Assembly: GCF_006345805.1 (NCBI RefSeq)
Contig: NC_043010.1
Coordinates: forward strand, 65,224,001-65,288,000
Reading direction: 5' to 3'
From: Octopus sinensis
Lineage: Eukaryota
Length of the DNA: 64,000 nucleotides
Shown: positions 38,374-51,076 of the stretch, piece after piece
How the letters are laid out: each line of letters begins with the position of its first letter
Position numbering within the stretch: position 1 is the stretch's first letter
Made by a program: the position numbers and the translations under genes
Notes under the pieces: model-generated
The model's database searches: none
Seen by the model: only the letters and a program-made list of their open reading frames with translations
Told to the model about the DNA's origin: nothing

Positions 38374-41300
38374 TGTCCTTTGTCTCCACCATCTACCGTG
38401 GCTATTTATAGACCCAAAGAACATGAATTCTTTAACCACCCATTCTCCAACACAATGGAGTGTTGATGGTGGCTGTGGCTACACATTGAAGATGATGATG
38501 GTGATGGTGATGTTGCTGATGATGGTGATGGTGGTGAAGATGATAGTAATAACAATAATAACTGACAGATCCCGTCTTTTTCCCTTTCTTTTCGTTTCCT
38601 TCTCCGTATTTTATTCTCATTATTTCGAACTAATACAGACACAGTAAGCCTTGAAGAAAGGAAGAGGAGGAAAGGAGAAAAAAAAAAAAATGTCCGGAGA
38701 TAAAACTATCAACAAAAAAAATACAGACGAATATAGATCTGCTAGTCTTAAGAAGCGGCGCTATGAGCAATGCTTACATGTAGTGAACCCTAAACTGACA
38801 GATCCATCTCCTAATATAAGAATGGATGCTCGTCATGCTTCAAGGTCAACAAATCAAACAATAAACCGCATTGGTCGTTGCGCGGATTACAAAAGACCAC
38901 GTACCCGAAAATTGAACCAAATCCTGATTGAAAAATCAGTTACTGGATCAAATCTTCCCAACACACAGGAGCTGGACGAACCCCACAACCGGAATATTCC
39001 AACAGATGGCCATCCATGCTCATCACCAAATAATCAAAAGAAAAAGAAGGAAAAATGGTCTAGGGAAGATAATAAAGAAGTTCTCGAGGCCTTCTACCAT
39101 GCCATATATTTCCCCACAGATAAGTCTAGCACTGTACAAGCATACTTAAACTGGAGACAGAAACACCCTGAAGTAAGACCCTACATAGACAGTAACAAGC
39201 TTGCCAATGTTAGAAGAAACATTATAAAAAAGAAATTACTGACTGAAGTAGAGATTGATCAGGTTAGACAAGCAATATCGGATAAAATGAACGAAGCTGC
39301 AGCTAGAGAAGATAATACAGAGGAAATGATTATAGACCAGCCCAGGGCGGATAAAAACGAAGAGAGGATTGAAAGAGTTAGTATAAGTGATAGGCAAAGT
39401 GAAATACGCCCTGAACCAATCATAAACACTAAGACAGATGAGCATCAAATAGATAAAGAAAGTCACACAAATATTGACCCAACAGAACTACATGAGCTAA
39501 AAAATCAAATCATGATTGAATGGCTGAAAATTAAAGAAACCAGCATGGATGAGCGTGATACACTTCCTAAAATCCGCAACTCTAACCAAAACATGAAAAT
39601 AATCGGTAAAATCCGGCTTGCACTTAAGGATATAATTTCAGTTAATGATGTTGATATCACAAACCTCAACCACCTATACTATGCATCCGCGAAAATCTCA
39701 ACGATCCTATGTGGTGTAAAGATTAGAAAACGGCAACAGTCCCACAAAAAGCCTTCTTGGCAAGAGCGTCTGCAACAACAAATTAAAGTATTTAGATCTG
39801 ACATTGAATATTTGAAAAACCTTAAGGCTCACAAGACTACCAAACCTACAAAAACCCCAAAATTACTGAAAAAATACAATATGAAAACTATACTTGATAT
39901 TGATGCCACCATAGAAACCATCAAACAAAAGGTATCTGCCAAAGCTACCCGCATAGCGAGGTATGAAAAGCGTGTTAGATTTTTCAAGGACAACAACATG
40001 TTCAAAAATAACACCAAGAATTTTTACAGGAAGATAGGAAAAACAGCGTTTACTGCAGGGTCTGTACCATCAAAAGAAGAAGTGCAGAGATTTTGGAATA
40101 AAATCTGGGCAGAAGAAAAAACACACAACGAAAAGGCCCCCTGGATTGACAGAATATCTACAGAACTGGATCCCTTAGAAGAGCAAAAGTGGGAGGGTGT
40201 CAAGGTAGAAGATATAAGATCTGCTCTCAGGAGGTCAAGCAAATGGAAGTCTCCAGGAAAGGATAAAATTCCTAACTTCTGGCTGAATGCCTTCCCAGAG
40301 AGCCATGAACTGCTAACAGAACTGTACAATGATGTTCTGCAACACCCTAGTAGGATGCCTCCTTGGCTAGTTAATGGGTTAACATTCCTGCTTCCAAAAA
40401 GTGAAGAAACAAATGAACCAAAAAACTATAGACCCATAACCTGCTTAACAACTATGTACAAAACTCTAACATCTGTCCTGACGGAATATACCTATAGTTT
40501 TTTAACAGACAGCAGCATATTCTCTAATGAACAGAAAGGATGTAAACGTGGATCCTACGGCTGTAAAGACCAACTACTCATCAATAAGATGATCTTAGAA
40601 GATTGTCACAAACGACACAAAAACTTATCAATAGCCTGGATAGACTATAAAAAGGCATTTGATAGCCTACCACATAGCTGGATTAGGAAATGCCTTGAAA
40701 TGTATAAGATAGCACCAACTCTGCGAAACTTCTTGACTGTAAGTATGAGATCATGGAGAACCACACTAACTCTGAACAGTGACAGTGAATCCCTAAATGC
40801 TGGTGATGTAAAAATTTCGTGTGGCATTTTCCAGGGTGACTCACTGTCACCACTCCTCTTTTGTTTATCCTTAATACCTCTCTCAAAGCTGCTCAATGAC
40901 GCGCAGTACGGGTATAAAATGTTTGATAAAAATATAAATCATCTCGTTTACATGGATGATTTAAAGCTTTTTGCAAAAAATGATCAACAACTCAAGGGCT
41001 TACTAGCGATAGTCAAACAATTCAGTGACGACATCAGAATGCAATTCGGCCTCGATAAATGTGCAAAGGCTACCTTTATCAAAGGAAAAATGACAGAAAC
41101 ATCTAACGTTAACCTTGACCAACAGAATGTCATAAAAGAACTAGACCCAGCGGAGAGCTACAAGTACCTAGGGGTAATTGAAGGGAACGGAATAAGGCAT
41201 TCAGAGATGAAGGAAAGGATCAGGAGAGAATGCTATCGAAGAGTGAGAGCAATACTCAAGACAGAGCTGAATGCAAGAAACAGGATCGAAGCAATCAATG

Positions 41301-42765
41301 CATTAGCTATACCAGTCGTGACTTACAGTTTCAATATTGTTAACTGGTCAATTACTGAAATATGTCAGCTCGACAGAAAAATAAGGAAACTGTTGACAAT
41401 GCATAGAATGCACCACCCTAAGGCAGATACAGAACGACTCTATCTGCCAAGAAAAGAGGGAGGCCGTGGTCTTTTGCAACTGGCAATAACAATGAAGATT
41501 GCTACAATTGGCCTAGACACCTACCTGAAAAACTCTGAGGACTGGATGTTAAAACTTGTCTCAAAACATGAAAACAAGGAAGCATCATACTCAGTCACAA
41601 AACAGGCAAAGGAATATCTAAGTGAATTCCGAATACAACCAATTTCGGAATTAGAGATAGACATACAAGGAACAAGCACAGAAAAAGCTAGGCGCATGAA
41701 AACCCGTGCCAAAACTGCGGCCTTAGATATTCTGAATAATAAATGGCAAGAAAAACCTCTCTACGGCAAATACCCAAAGAGAGCGAATAATGCAGATATC
41801 GACAAAGCCCTGACCCATCAATGGCTAATGGCCTCTGGCTTAAAATCTGAAACAGAGGGGTTTATCATAGCAGCTCAAGATCAATGCCTACCAACAAGAA
41901 ACTACCAGGCCAACATATTAAAGATCAGAAGCAGTCCAACGTGTCGTGTATGCAAGCAACAAAATGAAACCATTGACCATGTGGTCTCCAAGTGCAGTCT
42001 TCTAGCGCCTACAGAGTATCTCAACAGGCACGATAGAGCTGCACAATATATTCACTGGGTAATCTGTAAAAACCTGGATTTGCCCCATGAAAAAAACTGG
42101 TGGGAACACAAACCAACCCCAGTGCTTGAAAATGACCACATCTCACTCCTCTGGAACTTCACCATTCAAACTGACAGGAAGATAGATGCAAATAGGCCAG
42201 ACATCATATTGAAAGACTTCAAACAAAGAACATGCCTCCTCATTGATATGACTGTCCCAATCGATATAAACGTATCTGTCAGGACCTACCAAAAACTGAG
42301 CAAATATAAAGATCTTGAAATAGAAATCAGCAAAATGTGGAAGCTGAAGACTAAAACAATACCTGTTGTCATAGGTGCCCTGGGAATGATAGCAAAAGGG
42401 GCTGATAGCTACCTAACTCAGATACCAGGAAACCCAAAAATGGCAGAAGTTCAAAAGATAGTGCTCATGGGAACTGCTCATATCCTACGCAAAATACTCT
42501 CTATGTAACCTCAAGGTTTAAAACAACCATAATTTTCGGTTTAAAGAGGAAGGGGGAAAAAAAAGGAAAAAAAAAGAAAAAGGAAAAAAAAAACCCCTTT
42601 TTTTTTTTTTTTTTTTAAACATTCATTAGTACAACATCCCCACCCCCCAAATATATGGCACACTAGGCATAACAACAACATGAACTTCCAACCCTGTTGT
42701 CTCTTGAGGTCTCTGGGTGAGACTTGGAGCCAACTTGTACAAATATAAAGCAAAAGTCAAACATA

Positions 42766-42766
<1 letters not shown>
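38371..42766 (+). mobile_element. Full-length R4-clade (Dong-like) site-specific non-LTR retrotransposon inserted in (AAT)n
   Basis: A single long ORF, with (AAT)n on both sides (38319-38370 and 42767-42803). Confidence 0.9.
38690..42508 (+). CDS. R4/Dong ORF: reverse transcriptase, CCHC zinc knuckle and restriction-like endonuclease
   Basis: Uninterrupted 1272-aa ORF from ATG 38690, with KSPGKD, NYRPITCL, GIFQGDSLSP, YMDD, CRVC..ETIDHVVSKC, RHD, RPDI...IDMTVP and KLSKY. Confidence 0.93.
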   Translation: MSGDKTINKKNTDEYRSASLKKRRYEQCLHVVNPKLTDPSPNIRMDARHASRSTNQTINRIGRCADYKRPRTRKLNQILIEKSVTGSNLPNTQELDEPHNRNIPTDGHPCSSPNNQKKKKEKWSREDNKEVLEAFYHAIYFPTDKSSTVQAYLNWRQKHPEVRPYIDSNKLANVRRNIIKKKLLTEVEIDQVRQAISDKMNEAAAREDNTEEMIIDQPRADKNEERIERVSISDRQSEIRPEPIINTKTDEHQIDKESHTNIDPTELHELKNQIMIEWLKIKETSMDERDTLPKIRNSNQNMKIIGKIRLALKDIISVNDVDITNLNHLYYASAKISTILCGVKIRKRQQSHKKPSWQERLQQQIKVFRSDIEYLKNLKAHKTTKPTKTPKLLKKYNMKTILDIDATIETIKQKVSAKATRIARYEKRVRFFKDNNMFKNNTKNFYRKIGKTAFTAGSVPSKEEVQRFWNKIWAEEKTHNEKAPWIDRISTELDPLEEQKWEGVKVEDIRSALRRSSKWKSPGKDKIPNFWLNAFPESHELLTELYNDVLQHPSRMPPWLVNGLTFLLPKSEETNEPKNYRPITCLTTMYKTLTSVLTEYTYSFLTDSSIFSNEQKGCKRGSYGCKDQLLINKMILEDCHKRHKNLSIAWIDYKKAFDSLPHSWIRKCLEMYKIAPTLRNFLTVSMRSWRTTLTLNSDSESLNAGDVKISCGIFQGDSLSPLLFCLSLIPLSKLLNDAQYGYKMFDKNINHLVYMDDLKLFAKNDQQLKGLLAIVKQFSDDIRMQFGLDKCAKATFIKGKMTETSNVNLDQQNVIKELDPAESYKYLGVIEGNGIRHSEMKERIRRECYRRVRAILKTELNARNRIEAINALAIPVVTYSFNIVNWSITEICQLDRKIRKLLTMHRMHHPKADTERLYLPRKEGGRGLLQLAITMKIATIGLDTYLKNSEDWMLKLVSKHENKEASYSVTKQAKEYLSEFRIQPISELEIDIQGTSTEKARRMKTRAKTAALDILNNKWQEKPLYGKYPKRANNADIDKALTHQWLMASGLKSETEGFIIAAQDQCLPTRNYQANILKIRSSPTCRVCKQQNETIDHVVSKCSLLAPTEYLNRHDRAAQYIHWVICKNLDLPHEKNWWEHKPTPVLENDHISLLWNFTIQTDRKIDANRPDIILKDFKQRTCLLIDMTVPIDINVSVRTYQKLSKYKDLEIEISKMWKLKTKTIPVVIGALGMIAKGADSYLTQIPGNPKMAEVQKIVLMGTAHILRKILSM

Positions 42767-42806
<40 letters not shown>

Positions 42807-42809
42807 TAA

Positions 42810-43375
42810 CCTGATGCAGTAAAATGGCCTAATGCAGTACCAGGCAGTAGCTCTCACGGCTTCTGATCTTAACTGATTGGAAGTATTATCATGTACATTG
42901 TTTTGTCTTGGTATAAAAGATGGGCTACAGCAAATATTCTGCTCAATACCACAGATTTGTTTGTCAGTTGTTTGACTTTAACCAGTTGAGCATGTCCCTT
43001 AGTGGCTGACGATATGTGCATCTCTGATCACGAGCAGAAGTAGTGGGGGAACATCATAGCCATGTGTTGAGAAGGATTCTTTGGGGTTTGAATTCACCTC
43101 TGGAAACATGGGTGGTTCTTTCAACATCCTTAAACAACCCTTATTCAGGGACCTTTTGAGCGGGATGGGCTACCCAACCTGAAGAAAATTCTAACTGGCC
43201 CCACCTGCAAGGTCATGTGCTGTTTATCTTGATATGAGATCACCATGTCGCGCACATATGATTGTGATACATGTGCCTGGTGTACCCTTATCAGACGGGT
43301 AGTCATGATGGGTATATTGGGCTTCGTATATTTTACCCCAGTGTCCCTTTGATGGCATGAACTGCTCTCTCACTC
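42810..43375 (+). mobile_element. ~560-bp non-coding element between (AAT)n tracts, copy 1
   Basis: Starts CCTGATGCAGTA..., ends ...CTCTCACTC-(AAT)n; homologous to 43443-43978. Confidence 0.75.
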
Positions 43376-43442
<67 letters not shown>

Positions 43443-43978
43443 GATGCAGTGTATGCCCTGATGCAGTACCAGGCAGTGGCTCTCATGGCTTCTGATCTTA
43501 ACTGATTGGAAGTGTTATCATGCACATTGTTTTGTCTTGGTATAAAATGATGGCCTACAGCAAATATTCTGCTCAATACCACAGATTTGCTTGTCAATTG
43601 TTTGACCGTAACCAGTTAAGCATGTCCTCTAGTGGCTGACTGTACAAGCAGAAGTAGTGGTGGAGCATCATAGCCGTGTGTTGAAAGGAATCCTTGGAGG
43701 TTTGTATAATTCACCTCTGGAAACATGGGTGGTTCGTTCAACATCCTTAAACAACCCTTATTCAGGGACCTTTTGAGCAGGAAGGGTTACTCGACTAGAA
43801 ACAAATTCTAACTAGGCCCCACCTGTATATCTTGATATCAGATCACTATGTCGGGTACAGATGGTTGTGATGCATGTGTCTGGTGTACCCTTATCAGACT
43901 GGTAATCATGATGGGTATACTGGGCTTTGTATATTTAACCCCAGTGTCACTTTGATGGCATGCACTGCTTTCTCACTC
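43443..43978 (+). mobile_element. ~540-bp non-coding element between (AAT)n tracts, copy 2
   Basis: Diverged homolog of 42810-43375 with small internal deletions. Confidence 0.75.
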
Positions 43979-44050
<72 letters not shown>

Positions 44051-44089
44051 CGAAAGTACAAAATTTTCCACTTTTATGCAAGAAGATAA

Positions 44090-44960
44090 ATTCTAGCACA
44101 TTATTTGAAGGAAATTATGTAAGAGCTTCTAGGTAAACAGCATTCTTTGTTTTCTGGTTTGGAGAATAGACAAATAGGTCTTGCAAACTACCTACACTGG
44201 AGCAAATTTCACCATAAGAATTTGACTATAAGAAAATCAAGCCAGTAGACTTCAAATACTAACCTTGAGCTTTATTAACAGACATTGCAAAGGGAAGTCG
44301 CACTGGGAATTGTGTTCGTTTGAACTCAAAGGGCATATCTGTTGGTTTGATTGAAATTCTTGGAACGAAAACCTCTTCTTCAGAGGCACATCCAGTAATG
44401 ATGGTAGCTTCTGTCACATTAGGTGACAATGTCTTGACAATCAACCCTGTCCCATTGCATAATTTAGGAGGATCTAAATTTCCTAGAAGCATTATTGGGA
44501 CTCCTACCTTTAGAAAATGTTTATGTGGAGGAATTCCAGGTGGCTCAAGAGAATTAAGGAACTCTGTTGGGTAATGGACAGCTTGATTTTCATCAAGGAC
44601 TGAAGTAACTGATTTGTATTTCTCCCATAAATTTATTGTTGCCTCTGATGTCCTGTAAGGTGTTACCAAGAGCTTCCATTTCACCTCTATGTGACATGGT
44701 GCGTTCACCCTAAATGATATGGTGGCATGGGCACAACACTTCTGCTGAACCTGAATCTTTGCTTATGTTACAAATTAGACTGTCAGTTGTCACCAGGTTT
44801 AGTGGTAATTTAAAAGCCGAATGAGCTGTTCGTCCACCTGTGAGAATGGTGGCAGCAAAGCCAGACAATGGTACAATAACTGCAAATTGTTTTTGCCTCA
44901 CTTTGATGCTCCTCACCAGGAGCATCAAGAAAGAAAATTCCTCTGCTTTTTCCTTACGAT
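44090..44960 (-). mobile_element. Helitron PIF1-like helicase remnant
   Basis: [50 protein letters not shown] and [17 protein letters not shown]. Confidence 0.88.
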
Positions 44961-45239
44961 TGTAGAACCCTGCCCGCACACACAAACACACACAAAGATA
45001 CATATACATACAGTATCAAACCACAGAGGAAATAGAGGATGTGTGTGAGAGAGGGAGGGAGAGAGAGAGTGAGGGGTATATTGTCATATATACATACATA
45101 CATAAATAATAGTCGTACATCTTTCTTGTATCTATGTATGCATGTGTGTGTATGTGAGAGAGAGAGAGTACCACTTAGACATCACTCTCCCTCACACTCA
45201 CACACTCACACACACACGCACACACACTTACATACAGAA

Positions 45240-45949
45240 AGATGTGTCCGCTTGACGATTGTCCTGATGAAACAAAATAACTTTCGTCAGATTTCTTGAG
45301 CGCTTAGTCTTCATACATTTTCGTAACTGCCTCAGCAACTTGGCATAGTACCCGCCAATTATGTGTCAGCCCCTTCAAAAATAGTCAATAAATACCATAC
45401 CTTTGCATCCTGAAAACCTGAAACCATCACTTGCTGCTTGTGTAACGGCCTAGGCCATCTTTGAAGCAGAAGAGGTGGGGTATTTCTCCTCCGTCTATTG
45501 TCTATTTGACTCTATCTCAAAGTGGTAAACCCAAAACTCATCTCAGCTTAGGAAATATTTAAGGAAACTAGCTAAATCTGCCTCAAAAAATGTCAGATTT
45601 TCCAGTGATGTTGTACGACTTGTGCGCTTTTCATCAGGTGCCAATAGAAGTGCCACCCACCACGCAGAAACATTCGTCATGACAAGTTCATCATGTTTAT
45701 TGTACAAAGTGTTTTCATGTCTCTCTCTCAAGGTATTTGATAACAGCACAGTGTCAAATTTTGTCCATTTTCAAGAGAAGTCGCTATTAGTAATATTTGA
45801 AGTCTTCTTTGAACAGTCAGATATCAGTTTATCTGGAAGGAAACAATACAGATATTAAGAAGTAGAGTTGAAAATTAATGCATGCAAGATAACACAGCTC
45901 TAGCATCACTCCTTCATAGTCGTCCTATGAATATTTCAGCCCACCCTCG
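45240..45949 (-). mobile_element. Old mariner remnant (different subfamily from copies 1 and 2)
   Basis: TIR TA-CGAGGGTGGGCTGAAA at the right end; degenerate DEFWVYHFE and ILFHQDN motifs. Confidence 0.65.
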
Positions 45950-46236
45950 TATATCTAGAATATCTCCACTGTAAAATTTTCATCTCAAAGCTAGTTGGAA
46001 TTAAATTAAACAACATAAAACAGTTTGAAATTTTTATCAATGTCAGTTTGCTGTACCACGTAGAGAGAAGTGGATGTTCCTATGTATTCATTCACGCACA
46101 TTCATACGTTACTACACACATTAATGATGCACAAGGCAAACAACCACAGATACAGACACAGAAGTATACACCACCTTGTTAAAGATAATTTCCTTGTTTT
46201 CAATTAAATTTATCTATCTGTCTCTCTGTCCGTCTG

Positions 46237-46323
<87 letters not shown>

Positions 46324-46628
46324 GTACGCATGTACATATATGTATATATATTTTTGAATCTCCCTAAGACCTACGTTAAGCGTACAGATGCTTGTGGAGT
46401 ACTCAGCCACTTGAACGGTAATTTCACGAGCAGGCTCTTCCGTTGATCAAATCAACTGGAACCCTCGTAGCCGTAACCGGCGGAGTGCCAGTACATATTG
46501 TGTTACCGATTATTTAATTAGACAAATTATTAAAATGGTAAACTCTTCGCTTGATGATCTTTCTTTTCAAATTATTCTCAATATAAATAACATCTGATTC
46601 CAATTTTACTCTTATATTTTGGTTCTAG

Positions 46629-46811
46629 GTAAGAGGCTATATGGATTTAAAGTTTCTGTTGGATCATCACTTTGTTTTCAAAGTCAAGGTTATGAATACG
46701 ATAAAGATGTAATTCATATTAAATGTAGCAAACAACTCACTGCAAATTCTGTCAGGATATCGTTAGATGGAGATCGGAGAATGCTTACTCTTTGTGAAGT
46801 GGAAGTGTTAC
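46629..46811 (+). CDS. Exon 7: C-terminal half of the FTP/F5/8C domain (RKRLYGFKVSVGSSLCF...IKCSKQLTANSVRISLDGDRRMLTLCEVEVL)
   Basis: TTCTAG acceptor, C|GTAAGT donor, 183 bp, phase 1-1, hallmark LTLCEVEV. Confidence 0.92.
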
Positions 46812-47743
46812 GTAAGTTATGTTTATTTGTTATTTCACTTGGTAAATATTGATTTATGAGAATGTTACAGAGCTATCGATTTTGAGATAAAGTACAACCG
46901 TTTGTCTTGACTTCCATACTGAACTGATAACTATGTTATCGATCCTGAATATTTAAAAAGGTAAAATGTATTGAGCGGGGTTTGAACACCGAACATAAAT
47001 GAACATACTAATTACCATTAGACGGTTGGTTCGGTTTTGAAATCTTTCTGCTTCCTCTTTGTCCCTCCCCCGCTGTAGTTTTCCTAAATAGTAACGCCTT
47101 AGTGATACAATTTCAATTCACTATTACAGGCTAAGCAAACACTTGTCAAATATACTTGCATACTGCTTACCTACAGTCAAGAACTCTATATCCAATGAAC
47201 AAAGTCATTCTGTAGGCCATAAAATTTCCGACTAGTGTTGACTGGAGTGTTGATAAAGCTAATTAAGATTGATATAACAAATATTTCAATGGTGTACTTT
47301 ATAAACTAAATATATATAATTTTATATACCATTACACTCTCGCCAACTTCCATTCACTCATCTTATTTCATTTTACACGATTCGATAAGATTATGTGTTT
47401 TCAAATATTCGACTCATGCATGGTTATGTCCATTTTTGAGGTCACTAAAATATTACTCCTTATTTCTTCATTCAAGCCCTAAAATTTTTGTGGGAGGAGT
47501 CAAGTCGATTACATCGACCCAAGTGCTGGACTGGTACTTATCTTATCAAGCCTGAAATGTAGAAATCGACTCCACCGGAAATTGAACCCAGAACGTAAAG
47601 ACGGAGAATATGCCACTAATAATAAAATTTAAACCATATTCATTCTATAAAATATCATTACAACTGAATATTAGGTGCTAACGCTCATGAAATACATACA
47701 GCAACCGTGATATTTTCTTTTTCAATCATTTTTGTTATTACAG

Positions 47744-47887
47744 AATGTGTTCCTGGATTCTATGGAGAGATGTGTAAGAAACGTTGTGAACTCTGTGAAG
47801 GCTCTGAATGTGATCAAGTCACGGGACGATGTGAGAAAGGTTGCATCATAGGATATTACGTGCCCTATGGTTCCCAGAAGTGCACAG
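47744..47887 (+). CDS. Exon 8: EGF-like repeat (CVPGFYGEMCKKRCELCEGSECDQVTGRCEKGCIIGYYVPYGSQKCT)
   Basis: TTACAG acceptor, G|GTTAGA donor, 144 bp, phase 1-1. Confidence 0.9.
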
Positions 47888-48339
47888 GTTAGATAAACTT
47901 TTAATCTCCTGCTCAATAATATTACTGAGGGATTATTAAATTTCATTGCAAATCTTTCTTATATCAGTTTCTAGAAATATCCATATCCGCAATAACCTTT
48001 TTGAATATTAACATTATCAACCTTATATGATCTGGTATGATCATTATTTAATATTCTGTTTGGAAAATCTATGGGACTTAATCTGTCTCATTAACTCATT
48101 AACTCGATTACTTTCTACTATTACCGCCGAGATATTAATTTTTATGCGGAAATATATTAGAAATCTTACAACTGTTTATGGCACAGATTGCTTTCCCTGT
48201 AATATCTTTCTTCTCTTCTTCTGTGTCTTTCCTTATTTTAACATTTCGGTCTCAATTGTTGTTTCTCAGTCTTTCTGTTCATTTTACAAATATACAATTT
48301 ACTCTTAGTTTCAAATATATATTGCTCTTAGCATTCCCA

Positions 48340-49800
48340 GCAAAGGCAGACTGTCTAGAATCTTTGTTATGCCGAAATTAAAGATGACCAAAGTAAATCA
48401 GAACTCTGCACTATGTAAAACAGCCATTTTCTACAGGCATTGTCGCAATAAACACGCTATAGGTTCTACTTTTAATAAATGTCTACCGCTGGAATATATT
48501 GACCAATGTCTTGTTTCCTCTAATCATCATCACATCTGTGCTCCAAACACCAAAACTGAACGTGAGCCAAAATGGGTGGTGTCCCTACGTGGTCCCTTGA
48601 CGTGATAGAACTACCAGTAAAATATTCAGGGAAGTATACTTCTCCTTAAAAAGAGACTGGTATACTGAGTATTGTAACAGTGCATACACTATTTCTGGAA
48701 ACAAATGGATGCTCATCTTACAATTAACTTTCAATGAGGAGGGATATGGCTTTCGTAATGTCATATTTACTGGGAACGTGATACCTTGGATAATTAATTT
48801 GGCTCCTTTGCTCTTGAAACCATCAGTAAAAGAAGTGTTAGAGCTCTCCACATCAAGGAAACCTTCCTAATGTGCTCACCTACATTTACATTGCTTATTA
48901 CATTACCCACCTACGGTTTGCACTTTTGTCATTTCTTCGATTTGAAGTTTCCTCTTCAACTATACTATTGGTAACTGTGCCGATGAAACTGTCCCTGATT
49001 CACACCCTCTCAGCTTTGGATTTATCCATCATTAAGTACAGTCCTTCACACTACATTATTGAACTGTTTCCTGTCACCTCTGAAAACATGCACAGCTATG
49101 TAGATGATGCAACATTTTTTCCTCGTCATCAACAGCTGGCGTCAACAGATTATTTAATCAACTCATGTCAGGAATACACTGAATCCATTACAAGAAACTT
49201 TGAGAGAATCCGTCAGAGTGTACATGATGTCTTTGTCTCTTTTACAAACACAGAAACTGAATCACTACACAAACCAAGAATATAGTGATGTACTTAATAC
49301 TTTCTCATCAGAAATAACAGGAACTTAAAACTATTTAAATTGCTACAAATACTATGGCTTAGCATCTCAGATGAAACCTCAGAAATGTACGTCTCAAATG
49401 CTTCCCATAATATAGAAATCATCCTCAGAGACAGCAAATGCCTGAGTCATGATCAGCGCTGTCTATAATACACAACTAAGTCCCCAAACAGTTTCCTGCT
49501 CACATCCATGGGACAACGCTGTTGCCACGAATATTCTCGATGAAAAGAAGTCTATTCAACTGACGGGCAGTAATTTACTCACAAACACACACCAATCAAT
49601 GTCTTCTACCGTTCCTCTGTAGTTTTCTGAATAATACTTCTATAACTACATCCATTCACCATATCCTAACCATCTCTCAACCCCCTTAAACATTCACTAA
49701 GTTCCCTTCCTCCAGTTCTTCCCTCTCAGAATAATAACTATCCGGTGACTATCAGGATCACCATTCTATAAATTTTCAAACTATCAATCATCTCAACTAA
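48340..49800 (+). mobile_element. Very degraded LINE RT remnant
   Basis: MHSYVDDAT motif in ORF 48872-49285; otherwise fragmented. Confidence 0.4.
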
Positions 49801-50273
49801 TTTCACCTGTATGGGGAGGCTTGAAGGTTCATGGATGCCGTCCCACTTATTTATGTAAATCCTAAAGTAAAATTAAGATATTCTCCCACACAGAAGATTT
49901 TTCTATCTGTAACCGCTGGATATCAGTGGCATTAAGCAAAGGAAGGTATTGTCGAAAGCAGCACTAAAGATTTTCTGTTAACTTTAGAATAGGAATCTGA
50001 TCCTAAACCTTGCACATAGGTAAACTTACTCAATAAGATCTTGCTAAATAAGGGATCCAATTATAGCAGATCCGAAAATATATAAAGGGCTATATAGTAT
50101 TGTCAATGGAACTGGTGTTATGGTATTTGCTAGTTATAGACATATTTCACTGCAGATTTCTCTTGAGCCCTAAGAATCTCTGATACGTTAAAAAAAAAAG
50201 AAAAAATATATCTAGCCGTGAAAGAGAAAGGAAGAGAGAAAGAAAAGAAGGAGGAAAGAAAGAAAGAAAGAAA

Positions 50274-50306
<33 letters not shown>

Positions 50307-51076
50307 AGGAAAGAAAGAAAGAAAGAAAGAAAGAAAGACAGACAGACAGAAAGAAAGAAATAGAGCGAGAATTAAGAGAAGAGAAGGAGAGTAAGGAATT
50401 TTCGAAAACGGCAGCATGTTTTTGCTGGTGTCTTTTAATAACATGTCCTAAGCTAGACATTAACCTGCATCTCATGATGAGGTTCCAACTTTAGGGAGTA
50501 TAAAGTTACTTTTTAGTCACCACAAATCGGATCTCTGGCCTGAGATGGTAATACCAGTGAGGGATGAACTTAGCAGAAGCGATTATTGAGGCTAAGACAC
50601 CCAGGATTCGGAGTAGAGTCTGCTCTAAGACATGGGTCATGTAACCCTACCGCAATGTGGCCATGCCCTGATTTCACGTGAACTTCTTCCACTGTTTAAA
50701 GATTAAATAAGGCTTCTGGCTCAAGATAAAATTAGGAGAGTAGGAGACCAAAAGATTAACCTGTAAATACATCGCAGTAGGTAACGAGAATCTAATGCTG
50801 TATCTTGCACAAGGAAAATCAAGAATCTTCAGACTATGGTAGAGAGGTCCAAGTCAGCCGACGATTGTAGGCATGGGAGGGAGAGAGAGTGAGAGAGAGA
50901 GAGAGTGTGTAAGACAAAGAGAGTGAGCTTTTAGCCCCGAAACATGAAATGCTATATATTTTGCAATGTTTTCTCCCTTTCTTAAAATAGTAAACTCAAA
51001 CGTAAAAGGGACACTAATTCTCAGAGGATGAAAAGACTATATGTAGTCTTACACTTTTTCGAGATCAGTGACTTTC

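Noticed and set aside
38651-38689. TTG start given by the ORF track for the 1285-aa ORF
   Set aside because: Eukaryotic element; the first in-frame ATG is at 38690 (alternative at 38822).
38371-38690. HDV-like ribozyme expected at the 5' end of an R2/R4-type element
   Set aside because: I could not identify the nested double pseudoknot by eye; it needs a descriptor search.
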